Shown here: positions 19,897-29,825 of the stretch, piece by piece
How the letters are laid out: each line of letters begins with the position of its first letter
How positions within the stretch are numbered: position 1 is the first letter of the stretch
Virus record (IMG/VR): IMGVR_UViG_3300037041_002188
Span: 1-54,320 of that record
DNA length: 54,320 nucleotides
Source of the DNA: a virus
Lineage: Duplodnaviria > Caudoviricetes
Reading direction: 5' to 3' (one strand)
Notes under the pieces: model-generated
What the model was told of the DNA's origin: nothing
Database searches by the model: none
Seen by the model: only the letters and a program-made list of their open reading frames with translations
Position numbers and translations under genes: made by a program

Positions 19897-20520
19897 CTAG
19901 TCATTAACGGCATTCAGTAAAACTTCACTCAGCGATAGGTTTTCCATGTCATCTATAGTAATGGTATCGACGATATCAAATTTTGCTCCACAGCTTTGCA
20001 GGTCATCATCTAAAGACTTTAGGAATTTTCTAGCTCCTTCATTACGACCGACTTGAATGAAACTGATACCAATCTCATCATCGTTTTCAATCTTCTTTGT
20101 TGCGTCCATAATTACTTTAGCAACGGTTACCTTATCATCAGGTTCACCATCTGTAAGTACAAGCACTGTGAGTGGTTTTGACGTGCTCATTTTTTTAGAA
20201 AAATAGCTATCTAAAACATCTTTTAATACTAAATGTAATGCAGTTCCACCTAAAGGATCGTTTTCTAAAAAGATGTCTTTAACCCGATCAGCGGTGACAT
20301 TGGGAAATTTTTTGAAGCTATTTGAGAAGAGATATATGTCTATCCCATCATCATCAAACTCTTCCATTTTACTTGCTAGTGCATATGCACTTTCGGAACA
20401 GTACGCCCATCGGGACTTACCACCAGTACAATCTTTTTCACTCATAGACCCGGATTTATCTATTACGAGTACATAATCTCTTTTTGACAAATCAGCTTTA
20501 GTAATCATACCTGACTCCAT
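19897..20520 (-). CDS. Ter-associated VWA-domain protein
   Basis: DKSGSM, GGT, LTDGEPDD, FIQVG, LDDDL; adjacent to terC; SD GAGGT before ATG 20520. Confidence 0.8.
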   Translation of the reverse strand: MESGMITKADLSKRDYVLVIDKSGSMSEKDCTGGKSRWAYCSESAYALASKMEEFDDDGIDIYLFSNSFKKFPNVTADRVKDIFLENDPLGGTALHLVLKDVLDSYFSKKMSTSKPLTVLVLTDGEPDDKVTVAKVIMDATKKIENDDEIGISFIQVGRNEGARKFLKSLDDDLQSCGAKFDIVDTITIDDMENLSLSEVLLNAVND

Positions 20521-20785
20521 ATTTAATACCTCTACAATTGGAATTTTGTTCAGACAGTACAGCATTTTTTCAAAAGTTTGTCGATAGACTATTTTTGTGG
20601 TATTCTGTGTTATCTTTTAATTGAGGTATGTTTCTGCGGATTCCTCTCGTTTTTTATTATTAAAAATCGACATAGGTATTATTGCTTATCTTAATAGTAA
20701 GAGAGGTTGAATTTCCTATAGAAAATAAAATCCACTGTCTGAATCGGGTGCCATCAAAATAACAACTTAATTTTGGGGGGGCCGG

Positions 20786-21367
20786 ATGAAAAAGCAAAAG
20801 TATATCATTCCGTTTATACTATTTTCCGTTTATCTGTGTACTAATAGCTTGGTGTATTCTTTAACACCTAATGAATTGGAATTTGGAAAGGGGTTTCAAT
20901 TAAAACAAGCAAACCCTTCAGTGTTCGAGTTCTATCAACCACTTATAGCAGCACTCTCCGGTGCGGTATTGACAAGTGGGTGTTTCATCTTTTTTCTAAA
21001 AAGGATGGTATCGCAGTATGACTCCCGTCATGATAAACATGACAAGCAAATACTAGATCTTTACATGGAGTCACATGACACTGAGAAAGAAATAAATGAT
21101 AAAATCTATGCCCAAGGTGAAATTGTTCAAAAAGAAATCAGATTGGAATTGACAGCAGTATCACAAACAATACTGACTACACTGGATTCTCTGCGTAGTA
21201 CAATTCAAGTGCTTGTAGCAGATATTGCTACCTTGCAAGCAGAGCATAATAGCTGCGATTACAAAGCTGGTGATATAAATGTTATGAAAAAACAAATTGA
21301 AAACATGTCTACAACTTGTAAAAGGCTGGAAAAACACATTCAAAAGCATATAGATGATACTATTTAA
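20786..21367 (+). CDS. Membrane protein with coiled-coil C-terminus
   Basis: N-terminal hydrophobic segment, second TM (LIAALSGAVLTSGCFIFFL), heptad-rich tail. Confidence 0.55.
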   Translation: MKKQKYIIPFILFSVYLCTNSLVYSLTPNELEFGKGFQLKQANPSVFEFYQPLIAALSGAVLTSGCFIFFLKRMVSQYDSRHDKHDKQILDLYMESHDTEKEINDKIYAQGEIVQKEIRLELTAVSQTILTTLDSLRSTIQVLVADIATLQAEHNSCDYKAGDINVMKKQIENMSTTCKRLEKHIQKHIDDTI

Positions 21368-21936
21368 CCAGCCTTTATAGTTATCCATTTATTAACATCA
21401 TGTTCATCCTGAACATGGTATATCTCTTTATTAGAAGCACGATAGTCTCTTCTCATATCCACCGGGTAACATTCCCAAACTGGTAGCGGTTCATGAAAGC
21501 AATAATCCATACGATCCATTTCATCAAGAGATTTCCAACCAATATCTTTAATTGAATCTATTAGGGGGGTGTCGATACCGATTTTTTCCTTTTCCATATC
21601 ATAAAGAACCCTGTAGCTATAGTTAAACTGCATAGGTGTTTTGAGGATGTTGAATAATGTGTCATGTTCGACCACATAAAATTGTGGGTGTCCGTTTTGA
21701 ACATCGCATAATGCGAAATCATTTTTTTTGTGTATGTTCCAGTCTTGTGTAAATTTAAAAGGAAAGAAGTTTCCTTTGTATCTTTGCTTAAGGATTAGAC
21801 TCATTTTCATTAAGGAAAGCTGACAGAATAGCTGTGTAAATTCCAACCTATCTTTTGCAAGCCCATAAAATCGAAGCTCATAGGAGTATAGGTTGAAACC
21901 AAGCACGTCAAGAGTGGTATGTGGTATTGTTTTCAT
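21364..21936 (-). CDS. Hypothetical protein
   Basis: 190 aa ORF. Confidence 0.6.
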   Translation of the reverse strand: MKTIPHTTLDVLGFNLYSYELRFYGLAKDRLEFTQLFCQLSLMKMSLILKQRYKGNFFPFKFTQDWNIHKKNDFALCDVQNGHPQFYVVEHDTLFNILKTPMQFNYSYRVLYDMEKEKIGIDTPLIDSIKDIGWKSLDEMDRMDYCFHEPLPVWECYPVDMRRDYRASNKEIYHVQDEHDVNKWITIKAG

Positions 21937-21950
21937 GATTAATGTGTTCT

Positions 21951-22823
21951 CTATTGTTTCCCATTTGTTTTGTTTTTTGATAGGTAATCATCAATTTCCT
22001 TCCACAACAGAAAGCTCTGTCTATGTGTTTCTGTGAATGCTTCATGTGTTTGTTTCAAAACATCTGTCTGGACTCTAATTTTTTCTGCAACAACACTCGA
22101 AAGAGATCTCATCTTCTCTAGTTGATCTTTAGATGGTGCTGGAGTCGGTTCTTCTTCTTCTTTAGGGCTATCCGGTGGTAGGGGGGCCGCATTGATATTC
22201 ACATTATAAGCATAAGGCTGTTGTGGTGCCGGTGCTGGTGCCTGTGTTGGAGTTGGTGTTTGCACCTGTGCTTGAGGTTGTACAGGCGGTACATATTGTT
22301 GTTGTGGGTATGGTTGGCCATAAGGATTATAGGGCTGACCATAGGGAGCATATGGGTGCTGTTGCGGAACATATTGTGGTTGAGGTACATATTGTTGTTG
22401 TGGTACATATTGCGGTTGTGGCGCAAAAGGCTGACTAGGTTGAACATAGGGCTGTTGAGGTATGTAAGGTTGAGTTTGAGGTTGTATAGTTTCTTTTGTT
22501 TTTGGCTGACTAAATGAATTCATAAATGCTTTAAGAGCTTCTTCACTGTATTCTGGTTTAGGTTCCATCGGTATTTCCTTTTTAATTTCTGTATTTTCTT
22601 CTTTCTGTGATATTCCGCATTCTAGATCATTTACGCAATTCTCCTTTGATTGATTACTATTAGTATATTGTTTATTTCTCTCAGTGTCGATTTTAGTGTA
22701 AAAGTTATAAAAGTCAATGTTCGTTTTATTCATGCGCTCCATAGCATCGATAGCTAGGAAGTCTAATCTTCTAGCCCTTTCTACTAAGTTTAATATTTTT
22801 TCAAACCTGTCTAGTTTATCCAT
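21951..22823 (-). CDS. Hypothetical protein with Pro/Gln/Tyr-rich low-complexity region
   Basis: PQ(P/Q)QYV hexapeptide repeats and PYGQPY repeats between helical ends. Confidence 0.75.
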   Translation of the reverse strand: MDKLDRFEKILNLVERARRLDFLAIDAMERMNKTNIDFYNFYTKIDTERNKQYTNSNQSKENCVNDLECGISQKEENTEIKKEIPMEPKPEYSEEALKAFMNSFSQPKTKETIQPQTQPYIPQQPYVQPSQPFAPQPQYVPQQQYVPQPQYVPQQHPYAPYGQPYNPYGQPYPQQQYVPPVQPQAQVQTPTPTQAPAPAPQQPYAYNVNINAAPLPPDSPKEEEEPTPAPSKDQLEKMRSLSSVVAEKIRVQTDVLKQTHEAFTETHRQSFLLWKEIDDYLSKNKTNGKQ

Positions 22824-23086
22824 AGTCTATGAAAACCGTTATTATTGTTTGCTTCGTAAAGTGTAACACATGCATTAATTAGATCGCACCGAGAAAAACT
22901 GTTCAATTAAGTAAAGCTGAGGAGTATTTATATAAACTATACTTGTCACTAATGACGCACCTTGCACATAACTTGATGAAATGAAATTTCTTTTTTTATC
23001 TTTCCCCTTTTAATTAATTTATTAATCGGTTAAAACTTCTTTGTAATTGATTGTTTGCATTTTTTTCAATTGAAGGAAAAATAGAT

Positions 23087-23554
23087 ATGAGGTATTTAAC
23101 TACAGATAGAGTAAATGCGACATTCTTAGATTGTTTATTTAGACCTGAAGAGATCGAAGATGGTAAACCTTTAGTAGAATCTATTATAGTAGATGGAGTT
23201 ATAGGTAAATTTGGTTTTCATGCAGGAAGGTTAAATAAAAATAGTGCGGTTATAAAAAAGCTGTTACTTGAACTACCAGATGAGTTTTTTGATGTTGGTG
23301 GTGGTGGTTGGGCCTTTCAGAATCTAGGTAAAGATAAACTTGGAAATTCTTGGGCTGATACTCATTTAACATTAGAACAGTTGGTTTGTTTGGGCTTGGC
23401 AATCAATCATGTTGAGTATTGTTTACCAAGAAGTGAATGGAGAACTGTGGTAGGAAGTCCGTATATTCGAATCAATAGATTAAAGCTAAAGCCTTTGGAT
23501 GTTAAAACCGTAAATGATCTGGCAGAAGGGAGCATAGAACTCCCGAAAGAATAA
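23087..23554 (+). CDS. Hypothetical protein
   Basis: SD GAAGGA before ATG 23087; GGGGW motif. Confidence 0.65.
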   Translation: MRYLTTDRVNATFLDCLFRPEEIEDGKPLVESIIVDGVIGKFGFHAGRLNKNSAVIKKLLLELPDEFFDVGGGGWAFQNLGKDKLGNSWADTHLTLEQLVCLGLAINHVEYCLPRSEWRTVVGSPYIRINRLKLKPLDVKTVNDLAEGSIELPKE

Positions 23555-23564
23555 AGGAGTTGTT

Positions 23565-24023
23565 ATGCAAGCGAAAAAAGCAAAATCACCCGTTAAGAAA
23601 CCACGGCCCAAAAAAGAAGTAGAGAAAGATGTGAAAGATGTGAAAGATGTAAAAGAATCTGCTACCGTTGATGATATTCTTTGTATCTACCGCACTGCCC
23701 CTCTTAATGATGTGCGTCAAAAAACTCTAGAATTGTTAGATTTGATCTCTGCACATTATGAAGAACTAGAGAAAAGGGGTGATAAACTACTTGATAGGCT
23801 TGTCGCAGCAACAACTGTTTCTGATGAAGTAAAAAATGTAATGCTCCAAGAGTCGGAAAATATTTTACGAGCCAAGTGTAGAATTACTAATGTTAAAACA
23901 GTTATATTAACTCGACTATGCTCTTCGTATCTTGAAGAAGATAGTGATCTTCAAAACATTAGTCACCTTTTCACGGAAAGTGACGAGGACTCAACACAAG
24001 AAATTACTACTCCTCAAATATAA
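23565..24023 (+). CDS. Hypothetical helical protein
   Basis: SD AAGGAG; basic N-terminus, KDV x3. Confidence 0.65.
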   Translation: MQAKKAKSPVKKPRPKKEVEKDVKDVKDVKESATVDDILCIYRTAPLNDVRQKTLELLDLISAHYEELEKRGDKLLDRLVAATTVSDEVKNVMLQESENILRAKCRITNVKTVILTRLCSSYLEEDSDLQNISHLFTESDEDSTQEITTPQI

Positions 24024-24639
24024 CAATACCCCCTCTGTAAAGGTCATCTGTAGAGAACCTTGTTCGATCAAGCGACCACAAGGGGTTATTCATCATTCCA
24101 CGGCAGACATAATATTGGTACTCTGAGCAATAAAATTGGAATGATTTACATGTTTCCCATGCATCATCAGAGGCATATTGATCTGTTTTAGGGAGTGGAT
24201 CTCTTACAAAATACCTAACTTTTGCCTGTCGTATTTTATTAATTTTTTGTCTTGCGATTTCTTTTTCTTCTTTGGATAGAGGCAGTTTTATTATAGCCAG
24301 TTGATCTACTTCTTTTAAGTAGTAGAGTAAACTGTCAAATCGAAGTTTATTCCTAACATGGCTTATGTATGCTTCACCATCAGTACCGAGAGATAAAAAT
24401 CCTGAGTGCGCCCAGTATATCTTATAGAATTTTCGTTGCAAGATGGTAGCGACAGAATGGTTATCACACCCTACAAAACAAAAGATTTCATCGGGATTAT
24501 CTCTTAGGATTTGCCTTATTTTAAAATAGTTCTCTAATCTGAATTTAGGGTACCCCCGTAATCTAGGGGTTAACCTAATAACAGACTTCCAGAAACGGGT
24601 GTTTAAAAAATAAGCTATTGTCTTTTGGATCATGGGCAT
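24007..24639 (-). CDS. Permuted papain-like (YiiX/YebB-type NlpC/P60) enzyme
   Basis: His motif WAHSG precedes Cys motif FYCSE; paralog of 43820..44485. Confidence 0.7.
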   Translation of the reverse strand: MPMIQKTIAYFLNTRFWKSVIRLTPRLRGYPKFRLENYFKIRQILRDNPDEIFCFVGCDNHSVATILQRKFYKIYWAHSGFLSLGTDGEAYISHVRNKLRFDSLLYYLKEVDQLAIIKLPLSKEEKEIARQKINKIRQAKVRYFVRDPLPKTDQYASDDAWETCKSFQFYCSEYQYYVCRGMMNNPLWSLDRTRFSTDDLYRGGIVIFEE

Positions 24640-24788
24640 ACATCCAGAGCTTCATCAATATCTAGTTCTAAAAGAGTCATTCTTTTTTCAAGAATCTTGA
24701 CCCTGTACTCAATGTCTTTATTTTTATAATAGTCGGTGACACATCCTGTTAAACAGGTGCAAGCAAAGAACAGTAATACTTTTGACAT
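24630..24788 (-). CDS. Small lipoprotein (52 aa) not in the ORF track
   Basis: My translation: MSKVLLFFACTCLTGC-VTDYYKNKDIEYRVKILEKRMTLLELDIDEALDVCP; lipobox LTGC, SD GAGGA, coiled-coil tail. Confidence 0.65.
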   Translation of the reverse strand: MSKVLLFFACTCLTGCVTDYYKNKDIEYRVKILEKRMTLLELDIDEALDVCP

Positions 24789-24907
24789 GGTGGTATTTCC
24801 TCAAAAGGCAAGGGTGATATAGTTAAAACTAACTATTTTTTTTAACCTTTTCAACCTCAAGTTTGATTTTTATTTTCACCGTTAACTTACCTCTACTGGG
24901 GGTAGGT

Positions 24908-25438
24908 ATGGAATCATTAAACCATCTAGATGCTAAAATAGATCTGTATTCGCTATTGCTAGAAAACGATAGGTACGCTCAAGTTGAAAAGAGTGTTGGT
25001 AGTTCTCGTCCTGACATCCTAACGGAGATTAAAGGGTTTACCGTAGCAGTAGAGATCCAGTATTCACCTATATCTACAAAAACTATTTTGCATCGCATGA
25101 GGGAGCATACAATCTCTGGTGCCTATACTCTTTGGTTACTTCGAGAAAGCACTATTCAGGCTGAACTATATGCTAGGAATTTGAAATGGGTTAAATTTAT
25201 ACAGCACCTTCAAAATGGCGTACTGTTTTTAGTAAACTCTTGTGGTCAGATAACTCCAGCAAGAATAGACAATTCTATTTCATATGGTAACAATAAGATT
25301 CTGGCAGGTCGTAAAATATTAGACACTTCCTCGCCTATTGAGTTGGATGAAATTGAATTTTGTTATAATGATATGTTTGACTTGAATACAACAACTTGTG
25401 AGCCTTGGTGGATTGAAAATTACTTAGAGCTTTTTTAA
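24908..25438 (+). CDS. CoiA-like PD-(D/E)XK nuclease
   Basis: RPDIL...AVEIQYSPIS...R...H...G.Y.LW. Confidence 0.7.
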   Translation: MESLNHLDAKIDLYSLLLENDRYAQVEKSVGSSRPDILTEIKGFTVAVEIQYSPISTKTILHRMREHTISGAYTLWLLRESTIQAELYARNLKWVKFIQHLQNGVLFLVNSCGQITPARIDNSISYGNNKILAGRKILDTSSPIELDEIEFCYNDMFDLNTTTCEPWWIENYLELF

Positions 25439-25440
25439 AA

Positions 25441-25950
25441 ATGAACTTTAGAAACATCAAATACATATTGACATACAAGCAAGCAAAAAAGTATGAGAAT
25501 GCGGTACTTGATGGAATTTATGCCAAGCTACTTTGGTTTATGATAAAACTCCAAAACAAAGAAAAACAGGTACAGAATTTTCTGAAAAGCAAAAATTTAG
25601 TAGATACACACGAGAATTTGAAAATGGCTGTTGAATGGCTCGATATTCCCATCACATCAGGAGACATTATTTGGGATTTTAGTGAGAGGCGAAAAAAAGT
25701 ACAGAGAAAGATTTGGGTTCATACGGCCATAGCTTTTATCTTAATATGGGCCTGTTTTTTTGGTATCACCTCTCTTATCAAAGAAAAGCAGATAACTCTT
25801 ACGATGACACTAGTTTATTCTGTGCTTGTGGCGTATTTTATCCCTCTTTTTAGTCACAAGTATGAGGTAGATGTTATAGCTAAAGAGACAGATAAGTTTA
25901 TAGAGAGGTATCTAAAATCAAAAACAAATGGTTTGAGAAGGATTAAGTGA
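25441..25950 (+). CDS. Membrane protein with two TM helices
   Basis: Two hydrophobic segments in the C-terminal half. Confidence 0.6.
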   Translation: MNFRNIKYILTYKQAKKYENAVLDGIYAKLLWFMIKLQNKEKQVQNFLKSKNLVDTHENLKMAVEWLDIPITSGDIIWDFSERRKKVQRKIWVHTAIAFILIWACFFGITSLIKEKQITLTMTLVYSVLVAYFIPLFSHKYEVDVIAKETDKFIERYLKSKTNGLRRIK

Positions 25951-26606
25951 TGGCACACATACCACCTATATCGGGTAATTTTTTAATCGATGCCGATATA
26001 ACGTATTTAGAAAAAGATCTTTTAAATACGGAACAGCAATTAAAGGTTGTCCCGGCATCCTTCTATGAAAAAATCCCTCAAAAAGATCTATCTATGTTTT
26101 GTCATAAATATGGATTCTATTGTCTGCCGACTGTTGAATTGTGTGAATGGTTAAAGGAACAGATAGGAGATCAGTCGGCTATTGAGATCGGAGCCGGTCA
26201 TGGTGCGGTCGGAAAGTATCTAGGAATCCCTTGCACTGATAGCCGACTACAAGAAGATGAGTTCATTCGTTTCACCTATAAAATGCTAGGCCAACCTGTC
26301 GTAGAATATCCTAATCATGTTATCAAAATGGATGCAATAAAAGCGATAGAGCATTACAAGCCAGAGGTTGTCATAGCGACATGGGTAACTCAGTTACATT
26401 TAGATGATTCCGACATAGGCAATAGCAATATGTACGGTATTGAAGAAGAAAAAATAGTTGAGAGAGCTAAGTATATTCATGTAGGTCATAGAAACGTCCA
26501 CGGTAAAAAACGTATTTTACAAAGGGAGCATAATGAATATACTTTCCCTTGGCTCTATTCACGTTCACTTGATTCTGGTTCACAATTTATTTCTGTGTGG
26601 GAGTAG
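25947..26606 (+). CDS. Class I SAM-dependent methyltransferase-like protein
   Basis: AIEIGAGHG glycine motif; MDA..AI...PEVVIATW. Confidence 0.55.
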   Translation: MMAHIPPISGNFLIDADITYLEKDLLNTEQQLKVVPASFYEKIPQKDLSMFCHKYGFYCLPTVELCEWLKEQIGDQSAIEIGAGHGAVGKYLGIPCTDSRLQEDEFIRFTYKMLGQPVVEYPNHVIKMDAIKAIEHYKPEVVIATWVTQLHLDDSDIGNSNMYGIEEEKIVERAKYIHVGHRNVHGKKRILQREHNEYTFPWLYSRSLDSGSQFISVWE

Positions 26607-26608
26607 GT

Positions 26609-27055
26609 ATGAAAAAAATTATATTGGCATCCATGTTTTTACTAAGTCCTTTAGCTATTGCTTCTGAAACAACACAACCATATTTTATGGGTGAAGATGT
26701 TGCTATGGTAGAGTTCGGTAGGCTCGTAAATGTAGCCCGGACCAATGCAGGTCTTAATGCTCTAACGATAACAAATGAATTAACATGTACCGCACAAACA
26801 CATGCCCTAGATATTGGGGAGAAGCGGCTATGCTCTGTGAACCCTTCAGATGGGTCCAGTCCATGGGATATCGCTAAAAGGTGTGGTACAGCATCCTATG
26901 GCATGATAATCGGCTGTGGGTACCAAAGCCCTAACGATACAGTGCAAGGGTGGTTAGGAAGGCAGGACACTAAAGACCTACTCATGAATCCAGCTTATAA
27001 ATATATGGGAGTAGGTATGAGGAATAATTTCTGGACCATCTTTTTTGGGTGGTGA
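26609..27055 (+). CDS. Secreted CAP/SCP-domain protein (degenerate paralog)
   Basis: Signal peptide; LVNVAR...L...AQTHA.D...DGSSPWD...GW...MGVG. Confidence 0.8.
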   Translation: MKKIILASMFLLSPLAIASETTQPYFMGEDVAMVEFGRLVNVARTNAGLNALTITNELTCTAQTHALDIGEKRLCSVNPSDGSSPWDIAKRCGTASYGMIIGCGYQSPNDTVQGWLGRQDTKDLLMNPAYKYMGVGMRNNFWTIFFGW

Positions 27056-27217
27056 TTTCTCAAGCATTTTGTTCAAACCAAACCCAGTTTCGGAAATTAA
27101 ATTTCGGGTTTGGTGTATTTGGGCTAGACACTTCTTGGTCACAGATTAGACATAAAATCCGGTAACTTAATAATATTATTATATCCCATATATGGTTTAT
27201 TTCTTGCAATTATCTCA

Positions 27218-27415
27218 ATGGTGTCGTTGGTTACAATCTCCGAAGAGATCTTTACAATGCATAGGATTGAACGAAACTGGAAGCTGGATACATTTGCTAG
27301 GACTGAGTTTCAAGCAGGTAGGAAAACCGCAAAATGTATGGTGTATTTTTCGATTGCAGGGGTAGTTATCTGGTCGATAGCGGTTGGGTTACTTCTCAAG
27401 TCTTGTTTTTCGTGA
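27218..27415 (+). CDS. Small membrane protein
   Basis: C-terminal TM helix; start uncertain. Confidence 0.4.
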   Translation: MVSLVTISEEIFTMHRIERNWKLDTFARTEFQAGRKTAKCMVYFSIAGVVIWSIAVGLLLKSCFS

Positions 27416-27443
27416 CTCTTAGAGTCTGCAACCATTTTGCTCT

Positions 27444-27710
27444 TTAGGATAACTCATTAATGCAATTAGTGATCTCTTCCCAGTTGACCGTTTTCTTCCA
27501 CTCTTTGAATTTTTCAGAATCACTTCTAAAATCTGGTGTTCCTTCGGGATAGATTTCTTTCACAATACTCTTTGCATCATCTTCAGTAATCTTGCCATCT
27601 TTGTTAGAATATTCTTCTTTAAGTGCTAAACAACATTTGTATTGTTTTTCATCGTTGCAAAGCCAAAGGCAAATATTCCATGTTTCATAGTTTGAATACC
27701 CATTATACAT
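27444..27710 (-). CDS. Conserved hypothetical phage protein (YNG.SNYETW family)
   Basis: MYNGYSNYETWNICLW...VNWEEI pattern typical of small phage proteins; SD AAGGGG. Confidence 0.7.
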   Translation of the reverse strand: MYNGYSNYETWNICLWLCNDEKQYKCCLALKEEYSNKDGKITEDDAKSIVKEIYPEGTPDFRSDSEKFKEWKKTVNWEEITNCINELS

Positions 27711-27735
27711 TTGTAATCCCCTTACTTTGTTTGAA

Positions 27736-29262
27736 TTAAATTTCTATTAAACTTGCCATGTCGCCAGTTTTGTCACCTATTACGTTTGGTGTTATCACAC
27801 CATCACCATATTCAAGTCGGCCAAGACGATAGTAATCATTTTTACCCCAACACACCGCTTTGCCATCAGTATATGTGAGGCAGGTAGCATTGCTACCAGC
27901 ATTGATTGATGCCGCAGTTTTAGAACCAATGTTGATGAATGGAAAGGTGTTGTCGTTATCCATATCGTCATAGGGTGTTAATGTATAAGTGGTTGAGCCT
28001 ATGGTTTGAGTAGAGACATTACCACCAACATATTTTAGGGCTACTAATGAAAGATCTTGACCGAGCACACCAGTATTATTTGATCCCCAACATTTAGCTT
28101 GACCTGTGGTGGTAACTACGCAGGTATGGACGTTACTTACGGATAAATCAGTGACAGACATAAAAGAAGATCCAAAGTTAACATAGGGTATGTCATCACC
28201 AATAGGATGTGTGCTTACACTTTCTCCTACGAGATTGTCATACTTTGTACCCCAACATTTAACACCACCAGTAGTTAACAAAGCACAGCCATCAGCCAAT
28301 TTTTTTATAACTACGTTGGTACCTAAACTGATAGCAGTGATCTCATCACCTGATTTATTGATATGCTCTGCACCGGTCCAGCATTTTACTGTTTGGTCAT
28401 TTAAGGCCACACAAGTTCTATTAGAACTTATTGACGCAGCAAGGTGTCTAGCTGTTTTATTTGCACCTAAATTGAGTGTGGTGGTTAAAGTATTTTGTGC
28501 AGTACCAATCTTTACATCACCAAAAAGACCCCAACATTTTACTTCACCTGTTATCAGTAACGCACACGCATGATTAGAACCCGAAGTGATTTGAACAGCG
28601 GTTTCACCTAACGCTATTGCAGGTAAGGCATCGCCAATATTTTTGATTTTAAGTGTGGTTACTCCTTGTGCGACTTGACCATTTGTATTACTACCCCAAC
28701 ATTTAACCGCACCATTATCAAGTAGAGCGCAAGTAAAATGACTACCAAGAGCTACTTGTCTTGCGGTTCTGTTTGTACCAAGATCAACGTAGGGTAAATC
28801 TACAGCATTAGAACTAATTTGAGTTGTGAAAGTATAGCCAAGTTGTAGGTTTATATTGTTCCCAAAGCATTTAAGTTTGCCATCATTGTATATGTAGCAA
28901 GTATGACTCAAATTTGTTTCTACTTGTGCTCTCAGGGCTGGTATTGCTAACGGTGCTAGTGTAGGGGTAGGGGTAGGGGTAAGTGTCGGTGTTGGAGTAG
29001 GGGTTAGTGCTGCTTCTACTGACTCGACAGAGGCTGTTGCGATCACAGAGGGTGCGCTTGTGCTTGCGCTTGCTGTTTTAGCTATTGTTTTAACTTCAGG
29101 CGCAGGAATATCTAAAGATGATTTTGAAGCTGGTGTAGGCTCTATTGAAGGGGTTACAGAGCCATTTTCTGGTACCGGTGTAGGTGTTGGTGTGCTTTTG
29201 GGATTTTGTAAAACTTCGGTACCACATGATACAATAAACAATAATAAAAATATTTTTCCCAT
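27736..29262 (-). CDS. RCC1-repeat beta-propeller lipoprotein
   Basis: Lipobox IVSC, Pro/Thr linker, repeated H.C.L...G.VKCWG.N..G motifs; SD AAGGAG. Confidence 0.88.
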   Translation of the reverse strand: MGKIFLLLFIVSCGTEVLQNPKSTPTPTPVPENGSVTPSIEPTPASKSSLDIPAPEVKTIAKTASASTSAPSVIATASVESVEAALTPTPTPTLTPTPTPTLAPLAIPALRAQVETNLSHTCYIYNDGKLKCFGNNINLQLGYTFTTQISSNAVDLPYVDLGTNRTARQVALGSHFTCALLDNGAVKCWGSNTNGQVAQGVTTLKIKNIGDALPAIALGETAVQITSGSNHACALLITGEVKCWGLFGDVKIGTAQNTLTTTLNLGANKTARHLAASISSNRTCVALNDQTVKCWTGAEHINKSGDEITAISLGTNVVIKKLADGCALLTTGGVKCWGTKYDNLVGESVSTHPIGDDIPYVNFGSSFMSVTDLSVSNVHTCVVTTTGQAKCWGSNNTGVLGQDLSLVALKYVGGNVSTQTIGSTTYTLTPYDDMDNDNTFPFINIGSKTAASINAGSNATCLTYTDGKAVCWGKNDYYRLGRLEYGDGVITPNVIGDKTGDMASLIEI

Positions 29263-29288
29263 AAATTATCTCCTTAATTTTTGCTCTT

Positions 29289-29323
29289 ATTAAATTCTTC
29301 GGGAAAGTAGATAACAAACTTTA
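29289..29323 (-). promoter_or_regulatory. Putative sigma28-like promoter TAAAG-N16-CCGAA
   Basis: Minus strand TAAAG(29323-29319)-16 nt-CCGAA-3 nt-TTTAAT, about 36 nt upstream of the RCC1 gene. Confidence 0.5.
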
Positions 29324-29593
29324 GCTTAAAAAAACTTATTGCTTAAATAAGTTGCAATATGTTGTTATGGCAGGAGTAAAATTATTTCGTTTGACTTTGT
29401 TTTTGGTTGTTTATACATAGTAGCGACAATGGAACCCATTGGGTCTAAGGTAGGAAACCTACGCCATAGGTAGATAAGTGTCTTATTTCGTTAATTTTTT
29501 TAAGGGGAGTTGTTTTGTTTAGGTCACTGTTTAGTAAGATGTTGTTTCAATTGCTAATTTCCTTAGCAGAGACATTAATCGGGAGAATTATTT

Positions 29594-29770
29594 ATGGCAA
29601 GTAGAAACGCATATGGTAAAGGTTATGGCAGAGGGATTGAAAAAGGTGCTGCCGATACAACCAAAAAATTGAAATCAGAACACAGTAAAGCTGTGACAGC
29701 TACTGGGGTTATTAGTTTTGTTGCAGGTGCTTTGTTAACAGCTATTTTCAAATCTGGTAAGAAAATTTGA
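29594..29770 (+). CDS. Small membrane protein (58 aa) not in the ORF track
   Basis: MASRNAYGKGYGRGIEKGAADTTKKLKSEHSKAVTATGVISFVAGALLTAIFKSGKKI; SD GGGAG; followed by a terminator. Confidence 0.65.
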   Translation: MASRNAYGKGYGRGIEKGAADTTKKLKSEHSKAVTATGVISFVAGALLTAIFKSGKKI

Positions 29771-29793
29771 TATTTTGATATTGAGGTTTTGCG

Positions 29794-29824
29794 GCCCCTT
29801 AGTCTTTTGATTAAGGGGCTTTTT
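29794..29824 (+). terminator. Intrinsic terminator
   Basis: GCCCCTTAGTC-TTTT-GATTAAGGGGC-TTTTT. Confidence 0.75.
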
Positions 29825-29825
29825 A

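Noticed and set aside
22199-22517. Three alternative-frame or antisense ORFs (HNN-rich, W/C-rich, V-rich)
   Set aside because: Shadows of the PQY repeat in 21951..22823; no independent SD or domain.
27077-27217. ACCAAACCC...GGGTTTGGT stem and an upstream extension of the 27218 ORF broken by TAG
   Set aside because: Single occurrence; could be a terminator or gene remnant, with no support for an ncRNA or readthrough.
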